Source of the DNA: Cyanidioschyzon merolae
Taxonomy: Eukaryota
NCBI GenBank assembly: GCA_000091205.1
Contig: AP006484.2
Length of the DNA: 64,000 bases
Direction: 5' to 3' (one strand)
The position numbers were made by a program, and so were the translations under genes. The notes under the pieces are model-generated. The model did not search any database and had not been told where the DNA came from. It was given only the letters and a program-made list of their open reading frames with translations. The first letter of the stretch is position 1, and every line of letters starts with the position of its first letter. Positions 24,809 to 37,052 of the stretch are shown piece after piece.

Positions 24809-27220
24809 GAGCAGTGGCTCGGGAACACCTGTACCAGAAAGATCCTGTTGTGTGCGTATGTGTCTCTCGCAGGCGTACAACACAGGGATTGGTTGGTGTC
24901 GATCGGGGATAGGTCGCAGAAATGTTTTATGACAGTCTGTGTCAGCTGGCGGAAAACAGAATTCATTGTACGAGTCAGTTATTCTACTGACAGCAAGTGG
25001 ATGAGCGGTATTTCTCGTCGTCCGTGCTCTGAACGTTGTGCACCTGGAAATGAACTCCTAGAACGTTGTCTAAACATCGGGTCCTTGTCAATCCTCGCCA
25101 GTCAAGACGTTTTCAAAGAAATACGTCTAAAGAAGCCGCAGAATCTCAGGCCCGCATACCAACGATCCGAACGCTGACAACGATACGCGAACAGACAAAG
25201 GAGAACGCACGCTCGAACCGGAGACCGCTGCACGGTGAATACCCCACTGTTGCATTGGTACTTCCTCGCGGACGCATACCATATGATAGAAAGGGGGCGC
25301 GGGGGATCGTCTAACGCCTTCAGCGTCTGTTCGGGAGGACCCGCACTCCTGCACGAGATGTGCGTCGTCCAGGAGTGGCAAACGCCTGGCTACAGCGCAG
25401 AAACAAGCGAGTATCGTATCAACATGAGCCCCAGCAGCGAGTCAGTCGTGAGGTCGCCTACAACTCGCCAAGCGGGCCCTGTCGTTCAATGCCTCATGCT
25501 TCGTCGTCGGGGCTTTCCTCGAGGAGTCTGCTCCCCGTATTCACATGTCCTGATGTTGCATAAAGTCGCTTTCCATCACTCACCAGGTGTCGAGGAGGAC
25601 GCACCAGCGGTTGACGTTGAGCTGCCCGTGACGCCAGCCAGCGCTCTTTACTTCGGTCCGGTCGACAGTGGCTTCTCTGCCGTCGAACGCCAGGGTTACG
25701 CTCCGGGTTGAAGAGGCGAGTCGTTCGCATCCGTGACACCCCAGTTCGTCGACAAGTTGCTTTCGGCCTTCATCAGCCGCCAACTACTGCGCTCCCTCTC
25801 TGCTCGTGTGCGGGAGGAAGCGGTCAGGCGCGCTGCAGTCGCCAGACGCCCTGGCAATAGACCTGGTGACGGAGCGGCACCTAAGGAATAATAGAATCGT
25901 ACAAGTAAAAGACGAGCTTCAGTTTTGCTGCCCACCAGGTCCGTCCGAACTCCAAGGGCATACGAGGATGGCAGAGCGTCCCAAGCATATCCTTGCGAGC
26001 CGTCGCAGTCAACGAAAACGAGACGAAACCACCAGGCCAGCGAGAGAAAGACTCCTCTCCAAAAGAGGACGGGCAGCGACTGAAACGATCGAGAGTCGGA
26101 TCGGAAAGGGCGGTCTGTATTGGTTATCAAGGCTTCGCTACAAGAGCACGCGAACGCGGAGAACCTGCCAGAAAGCGACGTGCAGGACGCTATCAGGGGA
26201 ACCATAGCTCCCTAAACGAAGGGGCTTCGTCAAGCCTCCCTCGCCTTGGTGGACATCGAGGAGCCGGTGTTCCTACCCGTTCCAGATGCAGGGCAGCCAG
26301 CTGTCCATATTCCTACGGAGTCTTTCGATGAAACCTTCGTGCGACAACACATCTGAGACTCGGCACCGGAGACGCAAGCCAGTCTCATCGTAGGATCAGA
26401 GGTTCGTACACATGTTTCTGACCGCTGCTTGACGCTTTGCGACACGAACCCGGTGACCTGAACATCTACACCACAGATGCCGATAACGATGGAACAACCC
26501 TCAAAAACTGCAACCGCATGCAGGTCATTCTCTAGCGCTTCATGAGGCGCTCCCTGGAGGCGCTGTAGCCTCACGCTGCCGGGACCAAACGAGTCCGGAG
26601 AGATGCAGTGCTTCCTCTCGATGTCGCCGGCGGCAAATGACAAGCTGGTGCTACCGATACCATTCGAAATGGAGGCGAGTTTTTGCAAGCACCGTCTAGA
26701 CGAGAGGCAGCGTCGGCTCAGCTCGTGCAAGCTGATGGTGTTGCTCTGGAACTCGGACCGGCAGATGTCGTATCGAAAGGATGCTTGAGACACGATACCT
26801 ACCTTGCTTGCATCTCGCGTGACGATGGAGTCATGAGCAGAGCCCTCCATAGCACGTCAGCGTAACTTCAGTTGTTCGAGCATTGCATCTTGTTCTCGCG
26901 GGGCATGCGATACGGTCCCGGTAACTCGCCTCGAGGCCGCTTGCATTTCCCGGAGACACTTGTTTCGTGTCTTGTAGAGCGAGTTCAGTGAGCTCCGGTT
27001 GCACTGCGTACGCCAGGATGATACGTTGGAACAACTTCGCCCAGATCATTCGAGGCGCTCGTTCAACGCTTTCCCTCATTCGGATCGATGAACGGAAACG
27101 GTGGTTACAGAGGCGATGGCGACGGATGGCATGGGAATGTGCATTCGCTTTATGAATCCTAATCGTCAGTCGAGTGACGAGACTCGTTTTCATGCGTTCA
27201 ACGCAGAGGAAGATAATGCC
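24809..27220. repeat. Inverted-repeat copy B (~2.41 kb), reverse complement of 11025-13433.
   Basis: See copy A. Mirrored ORFs have near-identical translations with a few substitutions (e.g. MKTSLIARLT vs MKTSLVTRLT). Confidence 0.85.
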
Positions 27221-29509
27221 GTCGTGGAGGGCGCGAGTCCCCTGCCTGAAAATACCCTGGCCATCGCCGTACCTCCGAATCAAGAGAACGGAGCCGACGA
27301 CCTCATGAGGAAAGCCGATGACGCTTCTTAGCTTTTCCAGAGTTCCGCTTGATCGAGATTCGGGCATCTTCGACACCGGCAGGGACACCCAGATGAGAAG
27401 AGTCGGCGTCTGGACCCATGTCGATGCTCGTTGCAACGTATCGAGCATATAGCGATGCTTTATTCGCTTCATGGAGATTGGCCGTGAGCACCCGTATGGC
27501 TCAGGGCCACGACCTCTGGCAGGGGGATATGGGATCGTACTGGGTCGCCAACGCTATCGGTTGTATGGGGGCAAGTAGTGTGCATTCACTTCCCTTTTCA
27601 ATGAGTTATGAGAGGAAATCACGCGGAAGGCGCGTCATTTGGTGGTATCCTATGGCGCTGGATGTGCTGCGGCATGCAATGCTTGCACTCCTGCTCCCCC
27701 TCTGACGAGAGAGTACAACGACTGCAGGGATCGATGCTGTACGATTTTTATGGATGCATTCTTGTCGACATACACGCATCACGAGCAGTGCTGCACCACG
27801 AAAACTATGAGGGAGGAATCGAGCGACACAGTATCCGAAGCGCGAGATGACTGGCGGGCTAAGCTGACCGAACGATAGATAGCGAGCGAATCAAAGATGA
27901 TAGGCTTGCTATGGTGTATTGTCACCAGTAAGAGAACGCGCAAGCATTTCCTCTACCAATACCGCAACGTTGCGATCAGCAAACGGAGTAATCTCGTGCG
28001 TTCGGAGCGTTTAGCGGCACGGCGTCGAACGAACTTCTAGGGAATCGTTTCGTACTCCGCATGGGCAGTGTGCTTGGACACGGACGACGTCCCGTGACGG
28101 AACCTGTTGTCAAATGCGAGGGTATTGGATTCTGGGCGGAGCTACGTACGGGCATGGTAGGAGTCAGCACCCGAATAAGGCTGGAACTCCGTATTTAGGT
28201 ACATACAATGGGAACGAGTTTTCAGGGCAATTCATGAACGTTCGTATTTGCCCATGATGCGACGTTTCTGTTGATGAGCAAGCAAATGTGAGTATCATTA
28301 GGGAGCTCACTTCTGGACAGCATGATGCTGTGACTCTACGCATAGACCTACGCTTCTCGAAGGCAGCCGCTTTATGACACGGGGCGATAAAATCAACGTC
28401 GATACCCGCCAGCATCCAAAATACTATCTGGATTGTGGTGCCTCGCATCGTTCAAGCGTTCCGAAGGGTGCGTTGCTTCCAAAGCGTTCCAGGTATTCTG
28501 CGTTACTTTCGCAGATGCAGCATGCTGTCTCGCTAGGTGCAGAGCGATCACGGGCAATTCGGCTTAAGGCGCATGATGGAAGCTTCCGATCTTGCAGTTA
28601 TCTCGAGTGCCGGTCTTCATGGCCAGTGCACGTGGAAACGTTGTCTTTGAAAAGTTTCGTGAGAGCGATCGCACGGAACTCGACGGGTTTTCGGAGACAC
28701 TTCAACACAAGCACCTTGCCGCAGACGTGATCGATCTAGATGCGGCTGGGGCATAGCATCGTGCATCGATTCGAAGCATTGCTCCACAATAAGCAGCAAA
28801 TGAGCAACGCAGCTGTGGATATCGGGGAGAGGTTCGCGATCGACACGCCTCTTCGCGCAAAGAGCGCTCCATCGCGTCGACATTCACAGGGGTCATCGTG
28901 CTGGTAGACCCGCCTTGGAACACTAGCAATGCATTGTCTCGATGGATACGTATTCGTCACGAGGATTGATACCTTGGCTTTGAAGCAGCAGTCTCTTCAT
29001 GAGACAGCTGCTTCAAACCAGTGCCGCCTCGGCCAGCAACGTCAGCAGCGTATCGATGCGCTGACCCATAAACCATCCACACATGCACCACTGTCGGTGA
29101 AACGCTTACTCACCTTCCCTAGCTTCCACCGAAACAAAAACTTTCATTTAATTGGCGTATTTAGAACTAGATAGTCACTCAGCTCAGAAACGATATAGAA
29201 TCATTCCGTCGTCCTGAGCAAGGGGTAGTTTGGATCCAGTGCATCTCTGGCCTTGTGCGACGCTCGCGTTCCCCTGATCGGCTTGCTTACGAGGCAATTG
29301 TTACTCAAGAGTCACGGTCCACAAGTGAAAAGCAACGGTCGCTGGTACAGAGCCGAAAATCCCCACCGATTCGAGTGCAACAGTTGCTTGGGCGCACCGA
29401 ACCCGAAGCAGTCAAAGCCAATCATCACTTGAAGACTGCACCTCTTGCCACGCTGCTTGACCCTTATCAGCGACATAGACCTTGACTGGAATCTGTCGTC
29501 AAGAGTTAC

Positions 29510-30520
29510 CTAGTGCTCGATCGTGCCCACCCGAGTCAGCGGCCAGTAACGAAATACGGCACGTCCGATGACGTTACGCTCGGGGAGGAAACCCCAAACA
29601 TGCGAATCCAGCGAGTTGCTCCGATTATCGCCCAATACGACCAGATAGCCGTCAGGGACCTGGACGGGACCCCATTGATAATCCGGACTTTCGGCAATGT
29701 AGGTCTCGATCTGCGCCTCTCCGTTGACATAGAGTCGCCCGTCGCGAATCTCGACAACATCACCACCCAGAGCAACCACACGTTTAATCATCGCATCTCT
29801 AGCACCATACTGGTGCGCACCTGTCTCTCCCGCAGCGTTCAGTGCTTTTGCGGTCTCTTTGCTGGCCTCAATGAGTGCCGGCGGCGGGTAAAAGACCACA
29901 ACGTCGCCTCGTTGGATATGACGACCGAGTTTCAAGGTGACCTTGTCCACAAGCAGCTGATCGCCCACATCAAACGTCGGATACATGGAGAGCGATGGAA
30001 TGTAGCGTGGCTCTACGACGAAAGCGCGAATGAACACAGCTGCTAAAAACGAGGCCGTAAACACGCGCACGTCCGCAAACTTGTCGTCGCGCCACAAGCG
30101 CTGCCACCAGACTTGCCACTGCTGCACAACAGGGATTTTTTGTGTCGCTGACGTCGCTGCTGGCGCTGGAGACGTATCGTCCGACTCCTCACTAGTCGAC
30201 CATCGTTCGCGGACTTTCTCAACGAGCTCCTCAGTCGCTTGCTCGGTGAGCATGCGCTGCTCTATCGAGCTTGTCCCCCAGGCGACGTCAGGTAGGCTCT
30301 CTGGCTTCCCGTTCACTTCACCAGGCACCGCTGCGGTGTTCTGCCGCTCATCGTTGCGCGAGATGCGGGCCAAGCAAGGTCGGAAACGCGACCCAGCCCG
30401 AGACGCTCGCCAGCGAAGTGATAAACACTTTGAAACGCTCCGCGCTGCCCGGGGCCGCAGCACGAACGCCCCCGAGCAAGTGCTGAACGCACAAAGTTGT
30501 CGTGAATTGTACCTGTCCAT
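29510..30520 (-). CDS. Type I signal peptidase (S26 family, LepB-like; organellar processing peptidase such as thylakoidal or inner-membrane peptidase) with a ~150-aa N-terminal extension.
   Basis: Catalytic Ser box IPSLSMYPTF. Lys box AMIKRVVALGGD. GDNRSNSLDSHVWGF box. C-terminal VFRYWPL. Confidence 0.8.
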   Translation of the reverse strand: MDRYNSRQLCAFSTCSGAFVLRPRAARSVSKCLSLRWRASRAGSRFRPCLARISRNDERQNTAAVPGEVNGKPESLPDVAWGTSSIEQRMLTEQATEELVEKVRERWSTSEESDDTSPAPAATSATQKIPVVQQWQVWWQRLWRDDKFADVRVFTASFLAAVFIRAFVVEPRYIPSLSMYPTFDVGDQLLVDKVTLKLGRHIQRGDVVVFYPPPALIEASKETAKALNAAGETGAHQYGARDAMIKRVVALGGDVVEIRDGRLYVNGEAQIETYIAESPDYQWGPVQVPDGYLVVLGDNRSNSLDSHVWGFLPERNVIGRAVFRYWPLTRVGTIEH

Positions 30521-30744
30521 ACACGTATTTGGCTGGCAAGCACCCGTTTTCCCTCAAGCTCAACTGACCACGTACGCTTCACAAAGCGCTTGTGCAACGT
30601 TTGACACAAACACAAACGCAAGCTAAAGAACGTTGGGTGTGTGTGTGTGGAGATCGTTGCATCACGCGCCTGTCAGGGCGCGCCGGCGTGATAGTCGCCG
30701 GCGCGCTTCTCCAGCGCACACCTGGGTGCCGTGCGATATACCTG

Positions 30745-31090
30745 CAGGTGCTCCTGCTGTGTTTGCTGCGTTCATGGTATTGTGCGAGGTCCCGTAGGTA
30801 CGCGACTGCGTTGAAAGCAGGTTTAGGCTTCTGCTCCTTCAGTGTTTGCTGCGTTCATGGTATTGTGCGAGGTCCCGTAGGTACGCGACTGCGTTGAAAG
30901 CAGGTTTAGGCTTCTGCTCCTGCAGTGTTTGCTGCGTTCATGGTATTGTGTGAGGTCCCGTAGGTACGCGACTGCGTTGAAAGCAGGTTTAGGCTTCTGC
31001 TCCTGCAGTGTTTGCTGCGTTCATGGTATTGTGCGAGGTCCCGTAGGTACGAGACTGCGTTGAATGCAGGTTTAGGCTTCCCTCGCGGAG
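30745..31090. repeat. Minisatellite, ~84-bp unit x ~4.
   Basis: Units start at 30761, 30844, 30927 and 31010: gtttgctgcgttcatggtattgtgcgaggtcccgtaggtacgcgactgcgttgaaagcaggtttaggcttctgctcctgcagt. Preceded by a (GT)n tract at ~30641-30652. Confidence 0.85.
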
Positions 31091-33509
31091 CATCATCTGC
31101 TTGCTCTATTCATATCATTCGATTTTTTAGATCATTTTTGTAAAAGGAATCCATTGGGACTTGAGGGCAAGTCATGAGGGCTTCAGGGTTCGCGGAACGT
31201 TTCAGGAATCCGGTCGTATTTTGGGGCTGTCTCAACCTAGGGTTTGGTACAGCATTTCGTGACGTAGCCGGAATCAAGATGACTCCCGACAACCTAGATC
31301 ACGGGGTTGTAAAATCACATCGTTCACGATCCAACGCTGACGCGCGAATGCCTACGCTTCTCTATTCTTACGTGTCGCGCGCTCAGATCAGACTTGCCTC
31401 AAGTGCTCATTCTTTATGTTTGAGGGTTACGGTTCAGTGCAGCCATTCGCACCAATGGACTGACGAAGGACACATCTCGATATGGTGCCTAGGCGACTTG
31501 CACAGAAGCTCATGTCGAAAAGCTCACCGTTCTTGTCACTACCAATAATCGATTCCGTTCGAATGTCAAGGATTCATTTCCTGATGGCGATCGGCGAGAC
31601 TGCAGTTCAAAGACGCACGATGCCTTTCACGAAGTAGGCATCCAGAGGCTCCCGAATACTATGTTTGTATGGAAACTTAGCTTGGACTCTGAGTCGAGTT
31701 ATGGTAGCGCTCACTTCCGATGGAGCATGCGTCACAGCTTTACATCAAGGGATCCTAGACAGATCGAATTTTCTCGCCTTGTTTTGCAGGTTGGATTTTC
31801 CGTCCAGTACTTGTCCCATGATAAACAAATTCGCAATTCGCAACACCTCTGTATCGAATGGAACAGCGTGCGCTCGCTCGTGCAATGGAAAAGGACTCGC
31901 CAGCGGGACCATTCATCGCAGGTCTCTGATGGATGGGTACGCCCCCCGTCGCAAATAGAGCGAGAGCACTCAAGTGAGCCCTCTGTACCCGTAACGCTCA
32001 TATAACGAGCAGGGAAGCGAACAATTACGCATAACTTGGTAGCCTTGAGTAGCGGAGGTTTCTTGGACATGCATGAACACCTGAATACATTCAAATGTCA
32101 GCGGAACTATGGGCTCACTGAGGCTGTCTTCAAAGAGGGTGAAATTGGCAAGCGAATCGTCGATTTCAACACACCCCTGTGAATCATATGCGTCGACAAG
32201 AATCGGAGGCATCTAAATCGTGAAGTCAACGTCTATCAAACATCCTTCGACCGCTAACAACGGAGCTCGAGAGGCTAGAGACGCAGACGCTTTTAATCCA
32301 TGAGATGAGCTCGGAGAAAAGGTGTCAATTGGAAGGAAATCGCCCGCAAAAAGCTCGTGCTCATGACAGCGGCAAGAGCCCCAAACTTTACTGTGCATAC
32401 TCATGGCAAAGGGGCATCTTCCATTTTATTCCGACAATGGTGGAAGTTCGATCGCCATGCGTCTAACGCGCGCCGCCGCCGTTTCCAGCGCTGCGTAACA
32501 CAGCACTAGGATCCTGTAAGACAAGGGCGAGGAATTCCACATAAAAACTTATCTGTTCCATGACATGCGGACATTTCGTCGTACATTATGGATTCGCGGA
32601 CGCTCCGAAGCTCCATGCTTCTGCAACGAACTCCTGTACAACACATCTCCAGGTTCGGCGCTGGATAGGATACCCATGCGTTTCGCGTATGCGATGCTCA
32701 GTCACAGATGACGTCCTTGGCTTGCACTTTTGCATCCGCTTTCGTGCTCGCCCACTGTTCATCGCAGCGTAGAAATAGACGATCAAGCGCAGTCGAGTGC
32801 AAAGCTACAGTCGGATGCGTCGGAGCGTCAGGCTCCCGGTTGCCGCGGCGAGCACGCGTTCAAAACCAGCGCGCATCGCCCAACGCTGCCTGTTGCAGCA
32901 CATCGTTCCTATACCTCAAATACGTTAACATTCGTGAACAGCGAGTATCACCCGGTGATTCCTGGGGCACGCATATCTTCCCTCTATCCCAGGTGAATAC
33001 ACGTTTTCGCAGCTTCCTCTGCATACCTGGTGACATCAGCGGAGCCAGCGCTACGGCACCACGCTTGGCGGTGCTCGAGGATCCGGAAGTGCGAGGCGTG
33101 TCGACGACCAGAATTTTCTAGGCGCGACATCCATACAATACGAAGAATCCAGCGTTGCATCGCCTCATCCGCACGAACACCACAGGCGTCCGTCAAGAAT
33201 CAACGCGAGAGTTCGGGATCACTTCTGCCCGACTTCTTCGAAGTGAAACTATCTTCGAGGCTTCTCAGAGCATCTCATGCTCGATCAGACACTACGAAAT
33301 GCATCTCAAGGGGAGACCGTCTTCATCTGCCCTCTTCATGCTATGCGATGGAGGACGTAAACGGAGAAAACACCCCGCAGGGAGGTGCGTTCGCCCCGCG
33401 CCTGCGCAAAAGCGCCTGCGCTTCCCCGTTGGGTTAATGGACGCCGGCAGCTCGCGGCACTTATCCGGAGACTCTGTGTGAGCCTTTTACGACTACCTAC
33501 TTTTCAGGT

Positions 33510-34289
33510 ATGCTACCAGTTCAAAGCTTGCCAATTCAACGCTTGGGATTCGTGCTGCCGTCACCCTGTCAGTTGCAGTCGCGTGGAGTTTCGCACTTGC
33601 CTCGCCGCCAAGCTGGTGCAGCGGGGTCTCGGAGCGCTCGCACAGCGCGTAGGTGCGTACCTCCAGCCAAGTTACGAATGAGCACAGCGGAGCGCGACAA
33701 CCCTGGATGGACCGGGCAAGACGCACTGGATCCCGACACAGCGCTGGCTGCTGAGATATTGCGGCAACTCGTGGAGCGTTCAGCGGGAACGGAAGAACGC
33801 AATCAGAACGAGGCGCTGCCGCGGGAGACACTGCGGGAACTCGGAAGCCGCGGAGCGCAGTCGCTCGGTCGTATTTGGCAACAAACCGATGCAGACGCTA
33901 ACCTATCCGAGTTCACGCTGGCCCAACAGCTGACAGAGAACACCAGGGCGGCGCTGAGGGAACTCATCGAACGTCGAAGCGCTGCGGCTACGAGTGCGTG
34001 GCTAAGGATGGAGCGCGAGCTCAGCCGCTTCGAGACCGAGAAAGAGCACGTTCGTGCGCTCATCCAGGAGCAGAATCATCCCCTTGCACTGTTACGAGCA
34101 GTTCCGCGTTTCATCCTGAACTCTGCACACCTAAGAAATCTCTGTCTCGCAACAGCTTTCACTGCGATAGCCTTGGTTTACGTCACCCTGGGAACCATTC
34201 AAGGTGCACCATACCAGAACGCAACAATTGTTTGCACAGTGGTAGCCGCTGGCAGCATGCTCTATGCGAGCCAACGACGAGAATATTGA
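33510..34289 (+). CDS. Hypothetical protein with a C-terminal hydrophobic segment (possible tail-anchored membrane protein); likely true start is the ATG at ~33678.
   Basis: ORF with helical, charged body (...RELIERRSAAATSAWLRMERELSRFETEKEHVRALIQEQ) and a C-terminal TM-like LCLATAFTAIALVYVTLGTI. No family recognised. Confidence 0.3.
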   Translation: MLPVQSLPIQRLGFVLPSPCQLQSRGVSHLPRRQAGAAGSRSARTARRCVPPAKLRMSTAERDNPGWTGQDALDPDTALAAEILRQLVERSAGTEERNQNEALPRETLRELGSRGAQSLGRIWQQTDADANLSEFTLAQQLTENTRAALRELIERRSAAATSAWLRMERELSRFETEKEHVRALIQEQNHPLALLRAVPRFILNSAHLRNLCLATAFTAIALVYVTLGTIQGAPYQNATIVCTVVAAGSMLYASQRREY

Positions 34290-34444
34290 AGTTTAGGCAC
34301 TGCCGTCGTCAGAGACACAAACGTCTCCCCATGGCGTTGTGTCTGAACCCGGGGGATTCACGACGTCCATGAGAGCAGTCAGCGGCTGGACGCATCCGTA
34401 CTCGACATGCGTCAGCCGTTTGTTGCATGCAGCAATCACACATT

Positions 34445-36328
34445 TCACGTGGCAGCTGGACCAGGTGCGTCGCCCTCTTTCTCCCCGGAGAGGAACACCA
34501 GCGCGGCAAACCGCTCACACACCGGCTGGTTTCGAGCAACGTGCTGATAGTTTTCATCTACAAAGACTTGGCGGCTCGTAGCGGCGCATTTGGGTAGCCA
34601 CTGAAGCAACGCCAGCGACGGGTTAGGGTCGCGCGAAGCCCGCGTCTGCTCGAGGTCGGCAAGCATTTGCCGCCAAACTGCATCAAAGATGGCCTCTGCA
34701 AATTCAGCGAAATCCATACTATCGATGACATCCAGGGTCTCGTCCAGAAGAGCGTTGAGCTGCAGCGCTGCCTGCTGCGCCGCCGTACCCCGAAGCGTAT
34801 GCTGTGTTCTGGGGCCGGCACCATGCGCCTCGACGTCGCCGCGCGGGGGCCCCGTCAACAGCTGATCAGCGTGCAACTGCTCGAACAGGCTCTGACGCGT
34901 CGCCTGAATCAAATGTTCGAGTACGGACGCCATCCAGAGTCCATTCGGTGAAACAGACGTTTCCAAGTGGTAACTCATGGACGCATGGCTCGCTGACCCC
35001 GAAGCTTTTTCCGCATGCGCTTCCCCGTCTGTTCCCGGATGCGAGGGCGCTTGGGAGTCGGCCTCGCGTCTGCATAAACACCGATGAGCGCTCTCCCATA
35101 GGCTAGCCAAATCGTGGATCTGCAGCGGCGTCTGTAGATCCCAGCGCCGCTCCTCCAGTTCATGCTGCACCCTGCGCATGATGTTCTCTGTGATGAGCGT
35201 TTCGAGAAACTCCACGTCGCCGAGTTTGCGTGCGAGGCGCAGGTACGCCCTCTGTACCTGCCGCATTGGCTGTTCTAGGTTCGCTCCAGGTAAAGCCAGG
35301 AGTTCTGTGAGTAGCTCCTTCTCGGTAGGAAGTGAGTGCTGAACACTGGAACGGCGTTCGCGGCGTTCGTAGCGTTCGCTGTTCGCCAGCGCCGCCGCCA
35401 AACTCAGATACCGACCAAGTAAGTTGACTTGCACGCACACAAGGGCCTGTAAAAGGCAGTAAACATAAGCAGAAGCCAGAACACGGGTAAGCGAGAGCAC
35501 CGTGAGTTGCTTCCAAAGCAGCTGCGTCGAATGCCCCGTTGTCGGATCCTCTGAAGGCCGGTCGTTGCAACTCGTATCCTCGGTATGAGCACGGAGCTTG
35601 CGAATGATACCTGCGGTATCAAAGAAACGTTCCAAACGCTGTTGTAGTAATCCGCCTAAGGATACAATAGTCGCTGTCATGGTCCGTTTGTTTGTCTCAT
35701 ACTGCTGGCGGAACACTTGGAACGCAGAAACGACAGCGGATGATGCTTCTTCGTCGCTTGTTGGGGTTCCGCTGGGGTCTCCCGCGGCACCGCTCTGCAC
35801 AATCGTACCCAGTGAGTGCGTCTGCGGAGACGTCACACCGCTCCAAGCCGACCAGAGCTTCCACTCCGCCTCCTTCTTCGTGAGCCAGCGGCGTAACGGC
35901 CGCCATGCGAGATACCCTAGACCGGCAACGGCCACCGCTCCCGTGAGGTAGTAGGTCCAACGACGCGCTCGTCGCATAGAAGTAGCTACCCAGTAGGAAA
36001 GAGGAAGCTCTACGTCTCTGAAATTACTTGGTTGCGCAGCAAACGAGCTTTCAGGGGGCAACCCCTGAAGAAAAAAAGCTGCCTGGGTTGGCGTGTACCC
36101 GTTGTGACGTGCTGGTCTTCGGGTGTCTCGCGACTGAAAAGCGCAGACAGCTCGAAACGCTCTACTGCGACGCTTATTCCGTTTTTGCCAGCGACCTGCA
36201 AGAAAAGCTGCTGCTGCTGCTGCTGCTGCTCGAACTAGTCTAAGGACCGCGTCTTCTGTGTCCAGCGGTGAGCCGCAACCCTTTCCGCAGAATAGCGCCC
36301 AAGTCTTTGGAACTGGAGCTCGAATCAC
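34445..36328 (-). CDS. PEX3: Peroxisomal biogenesis factor 3 (Pex3). Probable true start is Met118 of the ORF (~35979), giving ~511 aa.
   Basis: Aligns with human PEX3. MRRARRWTYYLTGAVAVAGLGYLAWRP is the N-terminal TM. LLWKQLTVLSLTRVLASAYVYCLLQALVCVQVNLLGRYLSL aligns with [41 protein letters not shown]. C-terminal LLQWLPKCAATSRQVFVD aligns with LAKIIPIVNGQIHSVCSE. Confidence 0.6.
   Translation of the reverse strand: MIRAPVPKTWALFCGKGCGSPLDTEDAVLRLVRAAAAAAAAFLAGRWQKRNKRRSRAFRAVCAFQSRDTRRPARHNGYTPTQAAFFLQGLPPESSFAAQPSNFRDVELPLSYWVATSMRRARRWTYYLTGAVAVAGLGYLAWRPLRRWLTKKEAEWKLWSAWSGVTSPQTHSLGTIVQSGAAGDPSGTPTSDEEASSAVVSAFQVFRQQYETNKRTMTATIVSLGGLLQQRLERFFDTAGIIRKLRAHTEDTSCNDRPSEDPTTGHSTQLLWKQLTVLSLTRVLASAYVYCLLQALVCVQVNLLGRYLSLAAALANSERYERRERRSSVQHSLPTEKELLTELLALPGANLEQPMRQVQRAYLRLARKLGDVEFLETLITENIMRRVQHELEERRWDLQTPLQIHDLASLWESAHRCLCRREADSQAPSHPGTDGEAHAEKASGSASHASMSYHLETSVSPNGLWMASVLEHLIQATRQSLFEQLHADQLLTGPPRGDVEAHGAGPRTQHTLRGTAAQQAALQLNALLDETLDVIDSMDFAEFAEAIFDAVWRQMLADLEQTRASRDPNPSLALLQWLPKCAATSRQVFVDENYQHVARNQPVCERFAALVFLSGEKEGDAPGPAAT
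36207..36231. repeat. (CTG)8 microsatellite.
   Basis: gctgctgctgctgctgctgctgct read directly. Confidence 0.9.
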
Positions 36329-36628
36329 CAGTTCCGCTTCTGGAAGTTGTTACCCAAGTACCTCGACCGGCTACAACCTGATACGTACCCCCGTTTCCAC
36401 TGCGTTCGTTGTGCGTACAGCGTCGATCCCGCGAGCCCTGGGCAGCTCACGAACAGCTGCAGACGGCTGGTCCCAGACGCCTCACAGGTCCTCGGCCTTT
36501 CTAGGCGCAGTGCGAAGCCAGAGCGGTCCCAGTAGGGTAACGGGCTTCAAAAAGCAGCCCCGAACACTCTTGGTCGACACTACAAGCACGTGTCTGGGAT
36601 TTCAATGGACTGCAGTCAACAAGAAGCA

Positions 36629-36657
36629 AACACACACACACACACAGAGAGAGAGAG
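36629..36657. repeat. Compound (CA)n(GA)n microsatellite.
   Basis: aacacacacacacacacagagagagagag read directly. Confidence 0.9.
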
Positions 36658-37052
36658 CGAGGGCAAGAGAACGTCAAGTCGTTTTCCCTGGAAAAGTCGC
36701 ATCGAGGCGTTGTTGAGCAGGGCGTCCAAGCGCGGCAGCTGCTGCGGAGGGAGTCGTCACACCACCGGGACGTTTGCTTTGGTGTCTTTCCATAACAGCT
36801 ACTTGCAGTTCATCTTGTCGAATGGAAAGCACGCTCTAGCCAACAAGCAACTTTATAGGTCTGTGTGAAGAACTTGCAGTCCCTACCGGCGGAGCGGAGG
36901 CAGCCAACGCTACCTGTTTCGCTCGGAGCAGAAACGGAGCACTGAACAGCAACGAACGCCGCCCTGTACATCACTGCTACAACTACTATTTCTCCGCTAC
37001 TACTACTACTACTACGCTATCACTGCTGCTTCACTGCCGCTCTGGGGGTGCC

